The notes under the pieces were generated by a model that did no database searches, was not told the DNA's origin, and was given only the letters and a program-made list of their open reading frames with translations. Below, piece after piece: positions 17,913-27,183 of a DNA stretch of 64,000 bases (the first letter of the stretch is position 1; each line of letters begins with the position of its first letter). A program made the translations under genes and the position numbers. This DNA is from an uncultured delta proteobacterium (lineage in GTDB: Bacteria > Myxococcota_A > Polyangia > Polyangiales > Polyangiaceae). Location: assembly GCA_963716725.1 (NCBI GenBank), contig CAVQUB010000018.1, forward strand, positions 1 through 64,000, in the 5' to 3' direction.

Positions 17913-18701
17913 ATGGTCCCGGCCATGTCGCTGGCCGGAAGAACCGCCGTCATCACCGGCGGTGGACGCGGGATCGGTGCCGCGGTCGCACGTTCGCTGG
18001 CCGAGCAGGGCGCACGTGTGCTCTTGGCCGCTCGCTCGCGGGATCAGGTCGAAAGTCTGGCGGGCGCGCTCGTGGGGCAAGGCCTCGACGCGCACGCCGC
18101 CGCCTGCGACGTCACGGATGAAGACAGCGTCGCCGAGCTCGTCCGAGCCGCCTCCTCCGCCCTGGGCCACGTCGACATTCTCGTCAACAACGCCGGGACC
18201 GCGAGCTCCGCGTCGATCGAGCGCACGACTCTCGAAGAGTGGAATCGCATCATGGCGGTGAACGCGACGGGCCCCTTCCTCTGCACTCGCGCCTTCATCG
18301 GCGGCATGGCCAAGCGCGGTTGGGGACGCGTCGTCAACGTCGCGTCGATCACCTCGCGGGTCGGCTCGAAGTACATCGCCGCCTACACCGCTTCCAAGCA
18401 CGCGGTGCTCGGCTTCACGCGCGTCGCCGCGGCGGAGTACGGGGGCTCCGGCGTGAGCGTGAACGCCGTCTGCCCGGGTTACGTCGACACCGAAATGACG
18501 GCGGAGTCGGTGGCAAGGGTGGTGGAGCGGACGGGCCTCGATGGGGCCAGCGCGCTCTCCGCGATCCTCGACACCGTGAACCAGAAACGACTGATCTCCG
18601 TCGACGAAGTGGCCTTCGTGGTGACCTCGCTCTGCCACGAACACGCCGGAGGAATCAACGGACAGCCCATCGTGATCGATGGCGGAGGACTGCTTGCATG
18701 A
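17913..18701 (+). CDS. SDR oxidoreductase (3-hydroxyacyl-CoA/3-hydroxybutyrate dehydrogenase-like)
   Basis: TGGGRGIG, LVNNAG, YTASK, NAVCPGYVDT; alternative start 17925. Confidence 0.9.
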   Translation: MVPAMSLAGRTAVITGGGRGIGAAVARSLAEQGARVLLAARSRDQVESLAGALVGQGLDAHAAACDVTDEDSVAELVRAASSALGHVDILVNNAGTASSASIERTTLEEWNRIMAVNATGPFLCTRAFIGGMAKRGWGRVVNVASITSRVGSKYIAAYTASKHAVLGFTRVAAAEYGGSGVSVNAVCPGYVDTEMTAESVARVVERTGLDGASALSAILDTVNQKRLISVDEVAFVVTSLCHEHAGGINGQPIVIDGGGLLA

Positions 18702-19102
18702 GCCATGTGAAGATCAACCCAGAGAGTCTCGGCGCGCCCAAAGGCTACTCGAACGGCGTGCTGACCCCAGCCGGCGGTCGCGTTCTCTTCGTCGCCGGGC
18801 AAGTGGCCTGGAACGAGGAACAGCGAGTCGTCTCCGATGACTTCGCCTTGCAGTTCGGGCAAGCGCTGAAGAACGTCGTGACGGTCGTGACGGCGGCCGG
18901 GGGCGGGCCAGAGCACCTGGCGCGAATGACCATCTTCGTGACCAGCAAAGACGAGTACGTCGCCGCCGCCAAGGCCATCGGAGCCGCGTACCGCGCCCTG
19001 ATGGGGCGCCACTATCCCGCGATGACCTTGGTGGAGATCAAGGCGTTGCTCGAAGAGGGCGCCAAGGTCGAGATCGAGGCGACTGCCGTTTTGCCCGCCT
19101 GA
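18698..19102 (+). CDS. RidA/YjgF/Rid family protein
   Basis: PKGYSNGV, LFVAGQV, HYPAMTLVEIKALL...KVEIEATA; ATGA overlap with the SDR gene. Confidence 0.9.
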   Translation: MSHVKINPESLGAPKGYSNGVLTPAGGRVLFVAGQVAWNEEQRVVSDDFALQFGQALKNVVTVVTAAGGGPEHLARMTIFVTSKDEYVAAAKAIGAAYRALMGRHYPAMTLVEIKALLEEGAKVEIEATAVLPA

Positions 19103-19115
19103 GCTGGAGACCTTC

Positions 19116-19916
19116 ATGACCATCCAACCGAAGAGCTTTCTCTACGAGGTCGAGGCCGAGACTCGGGTTGCGACCATCACGCTCAATCGCCCGGATCGCC
19201 TGAACGCCTTGACCTTCGAGGTCTACACGGAGCTGGCAGACACCTTCCGCGCCCTCGACACCGAGCCGGGCGTGGGGGCAATCGTGATCACCGGCAGCGG
19301 CAAGGGCTTCTGTTCGGGCGGCGACGTCGAGGACATCATCGGGCAGCTCTTTGCCCGTGATCAGCAAGGGCTGCTCGAGTTCACGCGGCTGACCGGAGGG
19401 CTCGTGGTGGCCATGCGCCGCTGCCGTCGTCCGATCGTGGCGGCGCTGAACGGCACCGTCGCCGGTGCCGGAGCAGTGATCGCCACCGCAGCTGACGTGC
19501 GCATCGCGGCGGACAACGCCCGCATCGCCTACCTATTCACCAAGGTGGGGTTGAGCGGCGCAGACATGGGCATGTGCTGGCTCTTGCCACGCATAATCGG
19601 GTTCGGGCGGGCCACTGAGTTGCTCATGAGCGGCGACTTCATCAGCGCCGACGAGGCGTTCCGAATCGGGCTGTACAACCGCATTGTCAGCGGCGACGGC
19701 CTCATGCGTGAGGCTCGAGCCTACGCTGCCCGCTTGGCCCGCGGCCCCGGCTACGGGCTCGAGGTCACCAAGGCGCTCCTGAACCGCGAGGCCTCGATGG
19801 ACATGTGGGCTGCCATCGACCTCGAAGCCGAGGCGCAAGCGGCGTGCATGATGCACCCGGATTTCCGCGAGGCGTACGAGGCGCTCCGTGCCAAGCGCTC
19901 GCCCAATTTCCGGTGA
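19116..19916 (+). CDS. Enoyl-CoA hydratase/isomerase family protein
   Basis: ITLNRPDRLNAL, FCSGGDV, AALNGTVAGAG, GLSGADMG. Confidence 0.92.
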   Translation: MTIQPKSFLYEVEAETRVATITLNRPDRLNALTFEVYTELADTFRALDTEPGVGAIVITGSGKGFCSGGDVEDIIGQLFARDQQGLLEFTRLTGGLVVAMRRCRRPIVAALNGTVAGAGAVIATAADVRIAADNARIAYLFTKVGLSGADMGMCWLLPRIIGFGRATELLMSGDFISADEAFRIGLYNRIVSGDGLMREARAYAARLARGPGYGLEVTKALLNREASMDMWAAIDLEAEAQAACMMHPDFREAYEALRAKRSPNFR

Positions 19917-19920
19917 GTCG

Positions 19921-21078
19921 ATGCCGAACACCAGCGACGTCTCAGCGTTCTTGGAGAGCCGACACGACACGCTCGCGCGCGAAGTCGCCGACCTGGTGCG
20001 ACGCGAAGTCGCGCCGCTGCCAGTTGCCCACGATGACGCCTCGGCACGGGCGCAGGCTCGAGTCCTGCTCGAGGTGATCGGGCGAGCGCGCCTGGCGGCC
20101 CATGCACATCCTCTCGATCTGCGTGCGTGTTGCCTGATCCGAGAAGCGCTGGCTTACGAGTCACCCCTCGCAGACGAGGTCTTCGCCCTGCAATGCCTCG
20201 GCTCGACGCCGATTGCGCTGGCGGGTTCTGCCGCGCTCGCTGCGTCCATCGTACCCAAGGTCGTTCACGGTGAGCTGATGGCGGCCTTCGCCATGACAGA
20301 GCCCGAGGCGGGCAGCGACGTTGCGTCGCTCACCACGGTGGCTCGACGAGACGGGGACGATTACATCTTGGAGGGCAAGAAGACGCTGATCTCGAACGCG
20401 GGCATCGCGGATTTCTACACGGTCTTCGCCAAGACCGATCCGGCCGCCGGGCACCGCGGAATATCCTGCTTCGTCGTCGACGCCGACACGCCGGGCCTCT
20501 CCTTCGATCGGGCTCTCGAGCTGTCCGCCCCGCACCCGCTCGGCGACCTGAGCTTCGACGATTGCCGGGTCCCCGCGAGCCGGCGCCTGGGAGCCGAGGG
20601 AGACGGGTTTCGCATCGGGATGAGCACGCTGGACAGCCTGCGAACCACCGTGGCCGCCGCGGCCTGCGGCATGGCCGCGCGCGCGCTTGAAGAGGCCCTC
20701 TCCCACGTCGAGAGCCGGCGGCAGTTCGGCGCGCCGCTCTCCGAGCTCGCGCTGGTTCAGCACGAGCTTGCGGCCATGGCCATGGATCTCACGGCGTCGC
20801 GCCTGATGGTCTACCGCGCCGCTGCCACCAAGGACGCAGGTGCGCCCCGTGTCTCGGTCGAGAGCGCGATGGCCAAAGCCTTTGCGACGGAAGCAGCCCA
20901 ACGCATCGTGGACAGCGCCGTGCAACTGAGCGGCGGACGCGGAGTGCTGAAGGAGAGCAAAGTCGATCAGCTCTACCGAGCCATCCGACCGCTGCGCATC
21001 TACGAGGGCACGACGGACATCCAACACGTCGTCATCGCGCGGGCGATCTTGAAGTCCCGTCGGCAAGGCCTGGCGTGA
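19921..21078 (+). CDS. Acyl-CoA dehydrogenase
   Basis: [47 protein letters not shown]. Confidence 0.93.
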   Translation: MPNTSDVSAFLESRHDTLAREVADLVRREVAPLPVAHDDASARAQARVLLEVIGRARLAAHAHPLDLRACCLIREALAYESPLADEVFALQCLGSTPIALAGSAALAASIVPKVVHGELMAAFAMTEPEAGSDVASLTTVARRDGDDYILEGKKTLISNAGIADFYTVFAKTDPAAGHRGISCFVVDADTPGLSFDRALELSAPHPLGDLSFDDCRVPASRRLGAEGDGFRIGMSTLDSLRTTVAAAACGMAARALEEALSHVESRRQFGAPLSELALVQHELAAMAMDLTASRLMVYRAAATKDAGAPRVSVESAMAKAFATEAAQRIVDSAVQLSGGRGVLKESKVDQLYRAIRPLRIYEGTTDIQHVVIARAILKSRRQGLA

Positions 21079-21156
21079 GCGGGGCATTTCTTGGGAACGG
21101 AGCGCGTGCGCTGCTACTCTGAACCTTCGGTGTCGAGCGGATCCGAACCCAGACCC

Positions 21157-23268
21157 ATGCCCTCTCTGACCACCTGGTCGAGCCAGGGGCTCAGCGTCGG
21201 CGCCGCGGTCGGCGGGTTGGCGGGCGCCGTGGCGGCCCTCGCCAGCGTGGGCGCACAGGGTGCCTCGAATCCCGCCACGTTGACCCTCGTCATCGCCGCC
21301 GCGGCGAGCGCTGCGGGGGCAGCTCTCATCGCGTTCCTCCTGGCCGTGCTGACCTACCCGCTGCTCGCCTGGCGTGGCGGACGCCTCGTCGCCATCGCGC
21401 TGCAGGCGACCCTGGTGGCGGTCTTCTTCGGCACCCACGTCACCAGCAGCGTACTGCGGGCTCTTTCGGGCTCATTTCTCACCCTTGGCGCGGTGGAGTT
21501 CTTCCTGGCTGGCGGGCCCCACCTGCTCTCGACCATCCTGCTCGAGTACGGCCGCTGGGTCGCGCTGCTGGCGATCACGGTCGCGGCGGTGGTGGGCGCC
21601 GTCGTGTGGCACGCGCGACGCACCCTGAGCGCGGCCTCGCAGAGCAAGCTGCTGCGCTTGGCCCTGCTGACCGGCATCGCCACCGCGAGCCTCCTGCCGG
21701 CACTGCTGACGCCGAACCTCTCGCTCGCCAGCCCGGAAATAGCGTTTGCCGAGTCGCTGTCGCCGGAGGGGCCAGCCGCCGGCGACTCCGAAGCTCTCGC
21801 TCCGTCGTCGACGGATTCCGCCCGGGCATCCGTGCGACGCGAGCCCGCGGATGGCCCCAGCCTCGCCGCCGGCGCTCGGTGGGCGACGAGCGTGAAGTCC
21901 CTGCCCGCGCGGCGCACCAACGTGCTCTTGCTGACCCTCGAGTCCATTTCGATCCGGCATCTGGGCTACATGGGCTACGAGCGCGACACGACGCCGAACC
22001 TGGATCGCATCGCTCGGCGCAGCGTGAGAGCGCGCCGGGTTTGGAGCACGGCGACGCACTCGAACTACGCCCAGATGGCGGTGCTCTCGTCGCTCTTCCC
22101 TCGACGCACGACCGGGCTCGATGTGTACAGGCGCCTCGACTACCCCCGCGTCCTACACCACGACGTCTTCCACACGCTGGGGTATCGGACCGCGACCATC
22201 TCGAGCCAGGACGAAAACTGGCAAGGCATGATCAAGTTCCAGACCACGGAGACGCCGACCTTCTTCCGCCATTCCCGGAACTACCCCGGAACGCTCCAGA
22301 ACATCGGCAGCGAGCTGGTCGTGCTCGACCACGTCACCGTCGACCTCGCCGCCGACTGGATCCAACGGCGCGGGGACCATCCGTGGTCGCTCTACGTGAA
22401 CTTCCAGGCGACGCATTTCCCCTACAAACTCCAGCCCGGGATCCCGACTCCCTTCCAACCGACCGGGCTCACGCCGGGCAGCTTCAACTACCTGAGCTAT
22501 CCGGCGTCGGATCGCCAACCGGTGGTGAATCGATACGACAACGCCCTGCACTACGTGGATGAGCAGATCGGCAAGTTGGAAGAGGCACTTGCCAGATCGG
22601 GAAGGCTCGACGACACCATCTGGATCATCACCGCAGACCACGGCGAGAACTTCCACGATCACGGACAGGTCACCCACGGCAAGACGCTGTACGACACCGA
22701 GGCGCGCGTCCCCCTCCTCATTCACTGGCCGAAGGGGCTCGAGCCCCGGGACGTGGACGACTCGCTGAGTCACCTGGACCTCATGCCGACCATCGTCGAC
22801 CTCTTGGAGCTTCCGCCCCACCCGGCCTTCCAGGGTAAGAGCATGTTCGAGCCCGTCGATCCCTCGCGAGAGCCCGCAGGCGTGTACATGAACATCCAGG
22901 GGCTGAAGAGCGCCGAAGCCGTGGTCTGCTGGCCTTGGAAACTGATCGTGAACCGCAGCGACAAGACGCTGCAGCTGTTCCACCTCGAGCAGGATCCGGA
23001 CGAGCACGACGACCGGGCAATCCGTGACGCCGAGGTGGCCGAAGCCCTCAAGGCGACGCTGTCGGCTCAGATTTCTGCTCAGCTCGCCTACCACAAGCAA
23101 GACAACCCGGCGCTTTCCGAGCGCTTCGCCCCGCGCATGCTGAGCTGCCCGAGCCTGCCAGGGGTCGTGCGCGCAGCCGTCCCGCCGATTGTGGTGCCGG
23201 TGGGTGCTCCCGCCGACACGCCGCCGGAACTGGGGCGACCCGTCGAGTCGCCAGAACGTCGAAACTGA
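21157..23268 (+). CDS. Membrane-anchored sulfatase/LTA-synthase-like (alkaline phosphatase superfamily) protein
   Basis: About five N-terminal TM helices; NVLLLTLES, TTPNLD, THFPY, YDNALHYVD, TADHGE, RVPLLI; start could be 21091. Confidence 0.85.
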   Translation: MPSLTTWSSQGLSVGAAVGGLAGAVAALASVGAQGASNPATLTLVIAAAASAAGAALIAFLLAVLTYPLLAWRGGRLVAIALQATLVAVFFGTHVTSSVLRALSGSFLTLGAVEFFLAGGPHLLSTILLEYGRWVALLAITVAAVVGAVVWHARRTLSAASQSKLLRLALLTGIATASLLPALLTPNLSLASPEIAFAESLSPEGPAAGDSEALAPSSTDSARASVRREPADGPSLAAGARWATSVKSLPARRTNVLLLTLESISIRHLGYMGYERDTTPNLDRIARRSVRARRVWSTATHSNYAQMAVLSSLFPRRTTGLDVYRRLDYPRVLHHDVFHTLGYRTATISSQDENWQGMIKFQTTETPTFFRHSRNYPGTLQNIGSELVVLDHVTVDLAADWIQRRGDHPWSLYVNFQATHFPYKLQPGIPTPFQPTGLTPGSFNYLSYPASDRQPVVNRYDNALHYVDEQIGKLEEALARSGRLDDTIWIITADHGENFHDHGQVTHGKTLYDTEARVPLLIHWPKGLEPRDVDDSLSHLDLMPTIVDLLELPPHPAFQGKSMFEPVDPSREPAGVYMNIQGLKSAEAVVCWPWKLIVNRSDKTLQLFHLEQDPDEHDDRAIRDAEVAEALKATLSAQISAQLAYHKQDNPALSERFAPRMLSCPSLPGVVRAAVPPIVVPVGAPADTPPELGRPVESPERRN

Positions 23269-23281
23269 GGCGCTCAGGCGC

Positions 23282-24139
23282 TCAGCGCGCGCTGGGCGGC
23301 ACCTCGAGGTACTGCACCAGCTCTTCGAGATGCGCGAGGTGCTCGCGATTCACGGAGATGAAACCGGTGGCCTCGAGCAACTCGCTGGCAGCACGGCGTA
23401 CCGCCGAGTGACCGTCGCCGGTGATCGTTTCGCACAGCTCTTGCGCAACGTCCGGCGAGAGGTGGACCGATGCGGCCAGGATGTCGGACGGGATCGGTCC
23501 GGCACATTTGATGACGTTGACGGGCAGCTTTCCCCAGCCCGCGTTGCGGATGCGCCCCGCGTCGTCGAAATGCGCAAACGTCGCGCCCACGTCCGCCCGT
23601 CCGTCACGCACCGCCGCCACGACGGCGTCGTGGGTGCCTAGAAACTGCTCCGAAGCGAAGCTCGCAGCGGGCTCCAAACCCGCGGCGCCCAGGGATGCCC
23701 GGATCACCAGATAGCCGGCCGAACTCATCTGGTCGACCCAAGCCGCGCGCGCACCTGGAACCTGCTCGAGTTCCCGAATCCGAGAGTCGCCGCGACTGAA
23801 CAGAGCGCTCCAGTACCAGGCGGATCCCGAGCGGACGGGCGCCGCCAAGGGCACCGCGCTGCCACGCGCGATGGCGCGCACCGCGATCATCGGGGGCAGC
23901 CACGCGCAGTGGATCTCACCCCAGTGAAGCCCGGCCAAGAGGTCAGTGTAATTCTCGACCGCGTGGGGGACGACAGGGAACTCGAGCGCGAGGCTCAAGG
24001 CTTCGCACAGCGAGCCCAGCCGACCTTGGGTGGGCCCACCCGCGCGCGCCGTGGGGCGCACGGTGACGCGCCCCGCGTCGGACAACGTCGTCCCGAGACG
24101 GATCTCGGTGAGGCCTGAAACGAGGGGGCGGTCGACCAT
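23282..24139 (-). CDS. PhnD/phosphonate-binding-like protein, no signal peptide
   Basis: AWLPP, AWVDQMSSAGY, GTHDAVVAAVRDGRADVGA, GPIPSD. Confidence 0.8.
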   Translation of the reverse strand: MVDRPLVSGLTEIRLGTTLSDAGRVTVRPTARAGGPTQGRLGSLCEALSLALEFPVVPHAVENYTDLLAGLHWGEIHCAWLPPMIAVRAIARGSAVPLAAPVRSGSAWYWSALFSRGDSRIRELEQVPGARAAWVDQMSSAGYLVIRASLGAAGLEPAASFASEQFLGTHDAVVAAVRDGRADVGATFAHFDDAGRIRNAGWGKLPVNVIKCAGPIPSDILAASVHLSPDVAQELCETITGDGHSAVRRAASELLEATGFISVNREHLAHLEELVQYLEVPPSAR

Positions 24140-24191
24140 GGCCGATCGGCAGTAGAGTAGCCCGAAACCAGCGCCTAGACTCAGCCTCCAG

Positions 24192-25649
24192 ATGTGGCAC
24201 CCGGAGCAGGCGCGCAGACACCCGCTGCCAGATGCAGCCTGGCCCAGCGCAGAACGGGCGGCCCGCTCCCTCTGGTTCAGCCCGCTCTCGGCCGGCCGCC
24301 TGGAGCTCGAGCGCCGAACCTGGGTCCCCGCCATGGTTCCCTGGCGGGCGAGCGCGGAGGGCTTCGTGACCGACGACGTGCTCGACTGGTACGCACGTTT
24401 CGCGCGAGGCCGTCCGGGGGCGCTGGTGGTGGAGGCCACCGGGATCCGCGACGTTCCGAGCGGACCGCTGCTACGGATCGGTCACGATCGCTTCGTGCCC
24501 GGCCTGCGCGCGCTCTGCGACAGGGTGCGCCGTGAGTCCGGAGGTCGCACGCGGCTCTTGATTCAGCTCATCGACTTCTTGTCGATCCGCAAGCGCCCCG
24601 ACCCGCGGCGGTACTTGGAGTCATTCCTCGCGCTCACGGACCGGCACCGCGCGTTGCTCGCCGATCGGGGCGAGAGCGACGACGACCTCCGGCGCGTCTT
24701 GCTCGAACTGCCGCGCGACGAGCTCAACAAGGTACTGAGCCCACGCGAGCTCGCCGACCTGGACTACGGCGCACGCGAGCGCATCACCGACGTCCACCTG
24801 CCCCACGTTCGTGACTTGCCGCGCGCGCTTCCCGCTCTGTTCGCCGACGCCGCCGACCGCGCTCGAGCCGCGGGCTTCGATGGCGTCGAACTCCACTTCA
24901 CTCACGCTTACACCATGGCTTCGTTCCTCTCGGCGACGAACGATCGGGCCGACGGCTACGGCGGAACTCTGGCAGGTCGACTGCGCCTCCCCCTCGAGGT
25001 CCTGGCGAGGGTGCGGTCTCGAGTGCCCTCGGACTTCGTCGTGGGCTGCCGCATGTCTACCGATGAGTGCATCCACGGCGGGACCGGACTTCAGGAGTCG
25101 ACTCAGATCGCGGTCGAGCTGGCCAGGGTGGGGCTCGACTTCTTGTCGCTCTCCCGAGGCGGCAGGTTCGAGGACGCCAAGCAACCGGCGGTGGGGGCCG
25201 CGGCGTACCCCTACACCGGCCCGAGCGGCTGGGAGTGCATGCCGACCACCCTCGCCGACCAAGCCGGACCTTTCGGCCGGAACGTGCCGGCTTCGGCCGC
25301 GCTTCGCCGAGCCGTGCGCGACGCCGGGCTCGGGACGCCGGTAGTGGTATGCGGCGGCATCGCGACCTTCGAGCAGGCCGAGAGCATCCTCGCGCGCGGT
25401 GACGCCGACGTCGTCGGCTCGGCGCGCCAGAGCCTCGCGGATCCGGATTGGTTCGAGAAGGTCCGCACCGGCGAAGGCAGCAGCGTGCGGCGCTGTGTGT
25501 TCACCAACTATTGCGAGGGTCTGGATCAGAAGCACAAGCAGGTCACGTGCAAGCTCTGGGATCGGGTGGCGCTCGATGAACCGGAGGTCAAGCTGAGCAG
25601 AGACGGGCGACGCAGGCTGATCGCGCCGGACTCCGACCCGCCGCGCTGA
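24192..25649 (+). CDS. NADH:flavin oxidoreductase (Old Yellow Enzyme family)
   Basis: PAMVPW, VEATGI, AGFDGVELHFTHAY, RADGYGG, GSARQSLADPDW, CVFTNYC. Confidence 0.9.
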   Translation: MWHPEQARRHPLPDAAWPSAERAARSLWFSPLSAGRLELERRTWVPAMVPWRASAEGFVTDDVLDWYARFARGRPGALVVEATGIRDVPSGPLLRIGHDRFVPGLRALCDRVRRESGGRTRLLIQLIDFLSIRKRPDPRRYLESFLALTDRHRALLADRGESDDDLRRVLLELPRDELNKVLSPRELADLDYGARERITDVHLPHVRDLPRALPALFADAADRARAAGFDGVELHFTHAYTMASFLSATNDRADGYGGTLAGRLRLPLEVLARVRSRVPSDFVVGCRMSTDECIHGGTGLQESTQIAVELARVGLDFLSLSRGGRFEDAKQPAVGAAAYPYTGPSGWECMPTTLADQAGPFGRNVPASAALRRAVRDAGLGTPVVVCGGIATFEQAESILARGDADVVGSARQSLADPDWFEKVRTGEGSSVRRCVFTNYCEGLDQKHKQVTCKLWDRVALDEPEVKLSRDGRRRLIAPDSDPPR

Positions 25650-25687
25650 ACGCGCGCGAAGCCATGCTACGGTCTGCGCCCTGACTG

Positions 25688-26341
25688 ATGCCCGCTCCCA
25701 CCCACGTCATCTTCGATCTGGACGGTGTGCTGCTCGACACGGAGCCGCTGTACACCCGCGCGACCCAGGAGGTCGTCGGCGAGTTCGGCGTCGTCTTCGA
25801 CTGGTCGGTGAAGTCGGGCATGATCGGGCGCAGCGACGCCGAAGGTGCCCGTCACCTGGTGGAGTCCCTGGGCATCGACCTCTCACCGGACGAATACCTG
25901 CGGCGGCGCAAGCCGATCTTGGACCGCTTGTTCGAGTCCACGGCAGAGATGCCCGGTGCCCGGGCGTTGGTCGCGCGCCTCCAAGCAATGGGCGTCCCGC
26001 TCGGCCTCGCCACCAGCAGCGCGAGCTACCAGTTTCGGTTGAAGACCGGTCCCCACGGCTGGTTCTCGGGGTTTTCGGCCATCGTATGTGGGGACGATCC
26101 GCGGGTCGCCGCGCCCAAGCCAGCGCCGGACATCTTCTTGGTCGCCGCGCGCGAGCTGGGCGCAGCGCCCGATCACTGCGTCGTGTTCGAGGACTCGCTC
26201 TCGGGTGTGGCGGCGGCGCAGGCAGCCGGCATGCGCGTGGTGGCGCTCCCCGATCCCGCCGTGGACGCGGCGGAGTTCGCTCACGCCGATTGGGTGCTGC
26301 GATCCCTCGAGGACGCGCCGCTGGCGGCCATCGGCTTCTGA
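25688..26341 (+). CDS. HAD-IA family phosphatase
   Basis: FDLDGVLLDTE, LATSS, KPAPDIF, FEDSLSG. Confidence 0.92.
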   Translation: MPAPTHVIFDLDGVLLDTEPLYTRATQEVVGEFGVVFDWSVKSGMIGRSDAEGARHLVESLGIDLSPDEYLRRRKPILDRLFESTAEMPGARALVARLQAMGVPLGLATSSASYQFRLKTGPHGWFSGFSAIVCGDDPRVAAPKPAPDIFLVAARELGAAPDHCVVFEDSLSGVAAAQAAGMRVVALPDPAVDAAEFAHADWVLRSLEDAPLAAIGF

Positions 26342-26345
26342 GCGC

Positions 26346-27080
26346 TCAGGCCAGTCGAGGCGGCGGCTCGCTGGGCGTCAGATGCGGGCGATCCCATCGA
26401 ACCCGGAGCACGCCCAGAGCCGCGAGGCGCATCACTCTGGACAGGGCCATGCAGAAGTACGCGCGGTGGTCACCCTCGGTGATGAGCGGCACGATGCGGC
26501 GCTGGTCGCCCAGCCCGCGCAGCTCCTCGTTGAAAGCGTCCACGATGTCGTCGACCGAGCGCACGTTGGTCTCTTCTGCAGCGAAGGTCAGGGCGTTGTC
26601 TCCCAACAGCGTGGCCAGCGCCGCTTCGAAGGCACAGGTCTCTTGCTCCCCGTGATGGTCGACGAATAGATCGGCGCACCGGCGGCGTTCGCCGACGAAC
26701 GCGTCCTGATAGTAGGCCGCCAGGATGCTCACCAGCTCCGCCGGCTGCTCGCCGGCAATGCCGAGCTCCGCGGCGAGCTTCTTCCGCTCCCAGTCGTCCA
26801 GCTCGAGCGCTAGGCCCTCGGCCTGGAGCCGCCGGACGGCCTCGGTCAAGGTCGTGGCCGGCCGCGTGGACACGGGCTGCGAGGCGGTCTCGACCAAGAT
26901 GGCGCGCGCGGCGCCCCCGCGTCTCGAGCCGAGCACGACGCGAACGGGCTGCCCCTCGAGCGGCTCATCGACGCAGGCCGTGACGTCGAACAGGACCTCC
27001 CGACCGTCTTCCAGCTCCAAGGTGCCGAAGCCGTTTTCCTGCTTGAATGAACAGATCATTCCGCTGAGCTGCGTTTCCAT
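26346..27080 (-). CDS. Protein with an N-terminal cold-shock-like OB domain and an unknown C-terminal domain
   Basis: GMICSFKQENGFGTLELEDGREVLFD resembles the CSD RNP1/RNP2 pattern. Confidence 0.6.
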   Translation of the reverse strand: METQLSGMICSFKQENGFGTLELEDGREVLFDVTACVDEPLEGQPVRVVLGSRRGGAARAILVETASQPVSTRPATTLTEAVRRLQAEGLALELDDWERKKLAAELGIAGEQPAELVSILAAYYQDAFVGERRRCADLFVDHHGEQETCAFEAALATLLGDNALTFAAEETNVRSVDDIVDAFNEELRGLGDQRRIVPLITEGDHRAYFCMALSRVMRLAALGVLRVRWDRPHLTPSEPPPRLA

Positions 27081-27183
27081 TGCAATCCCCGCCAGACCCC
27101 GATGTGTGTCCATGTACGCCGGTGGGCACCTGGAGCTTCCTCGGCGAGCGCGCTGGACTCGGCGCAACGGTCGGCGTTGGGGC

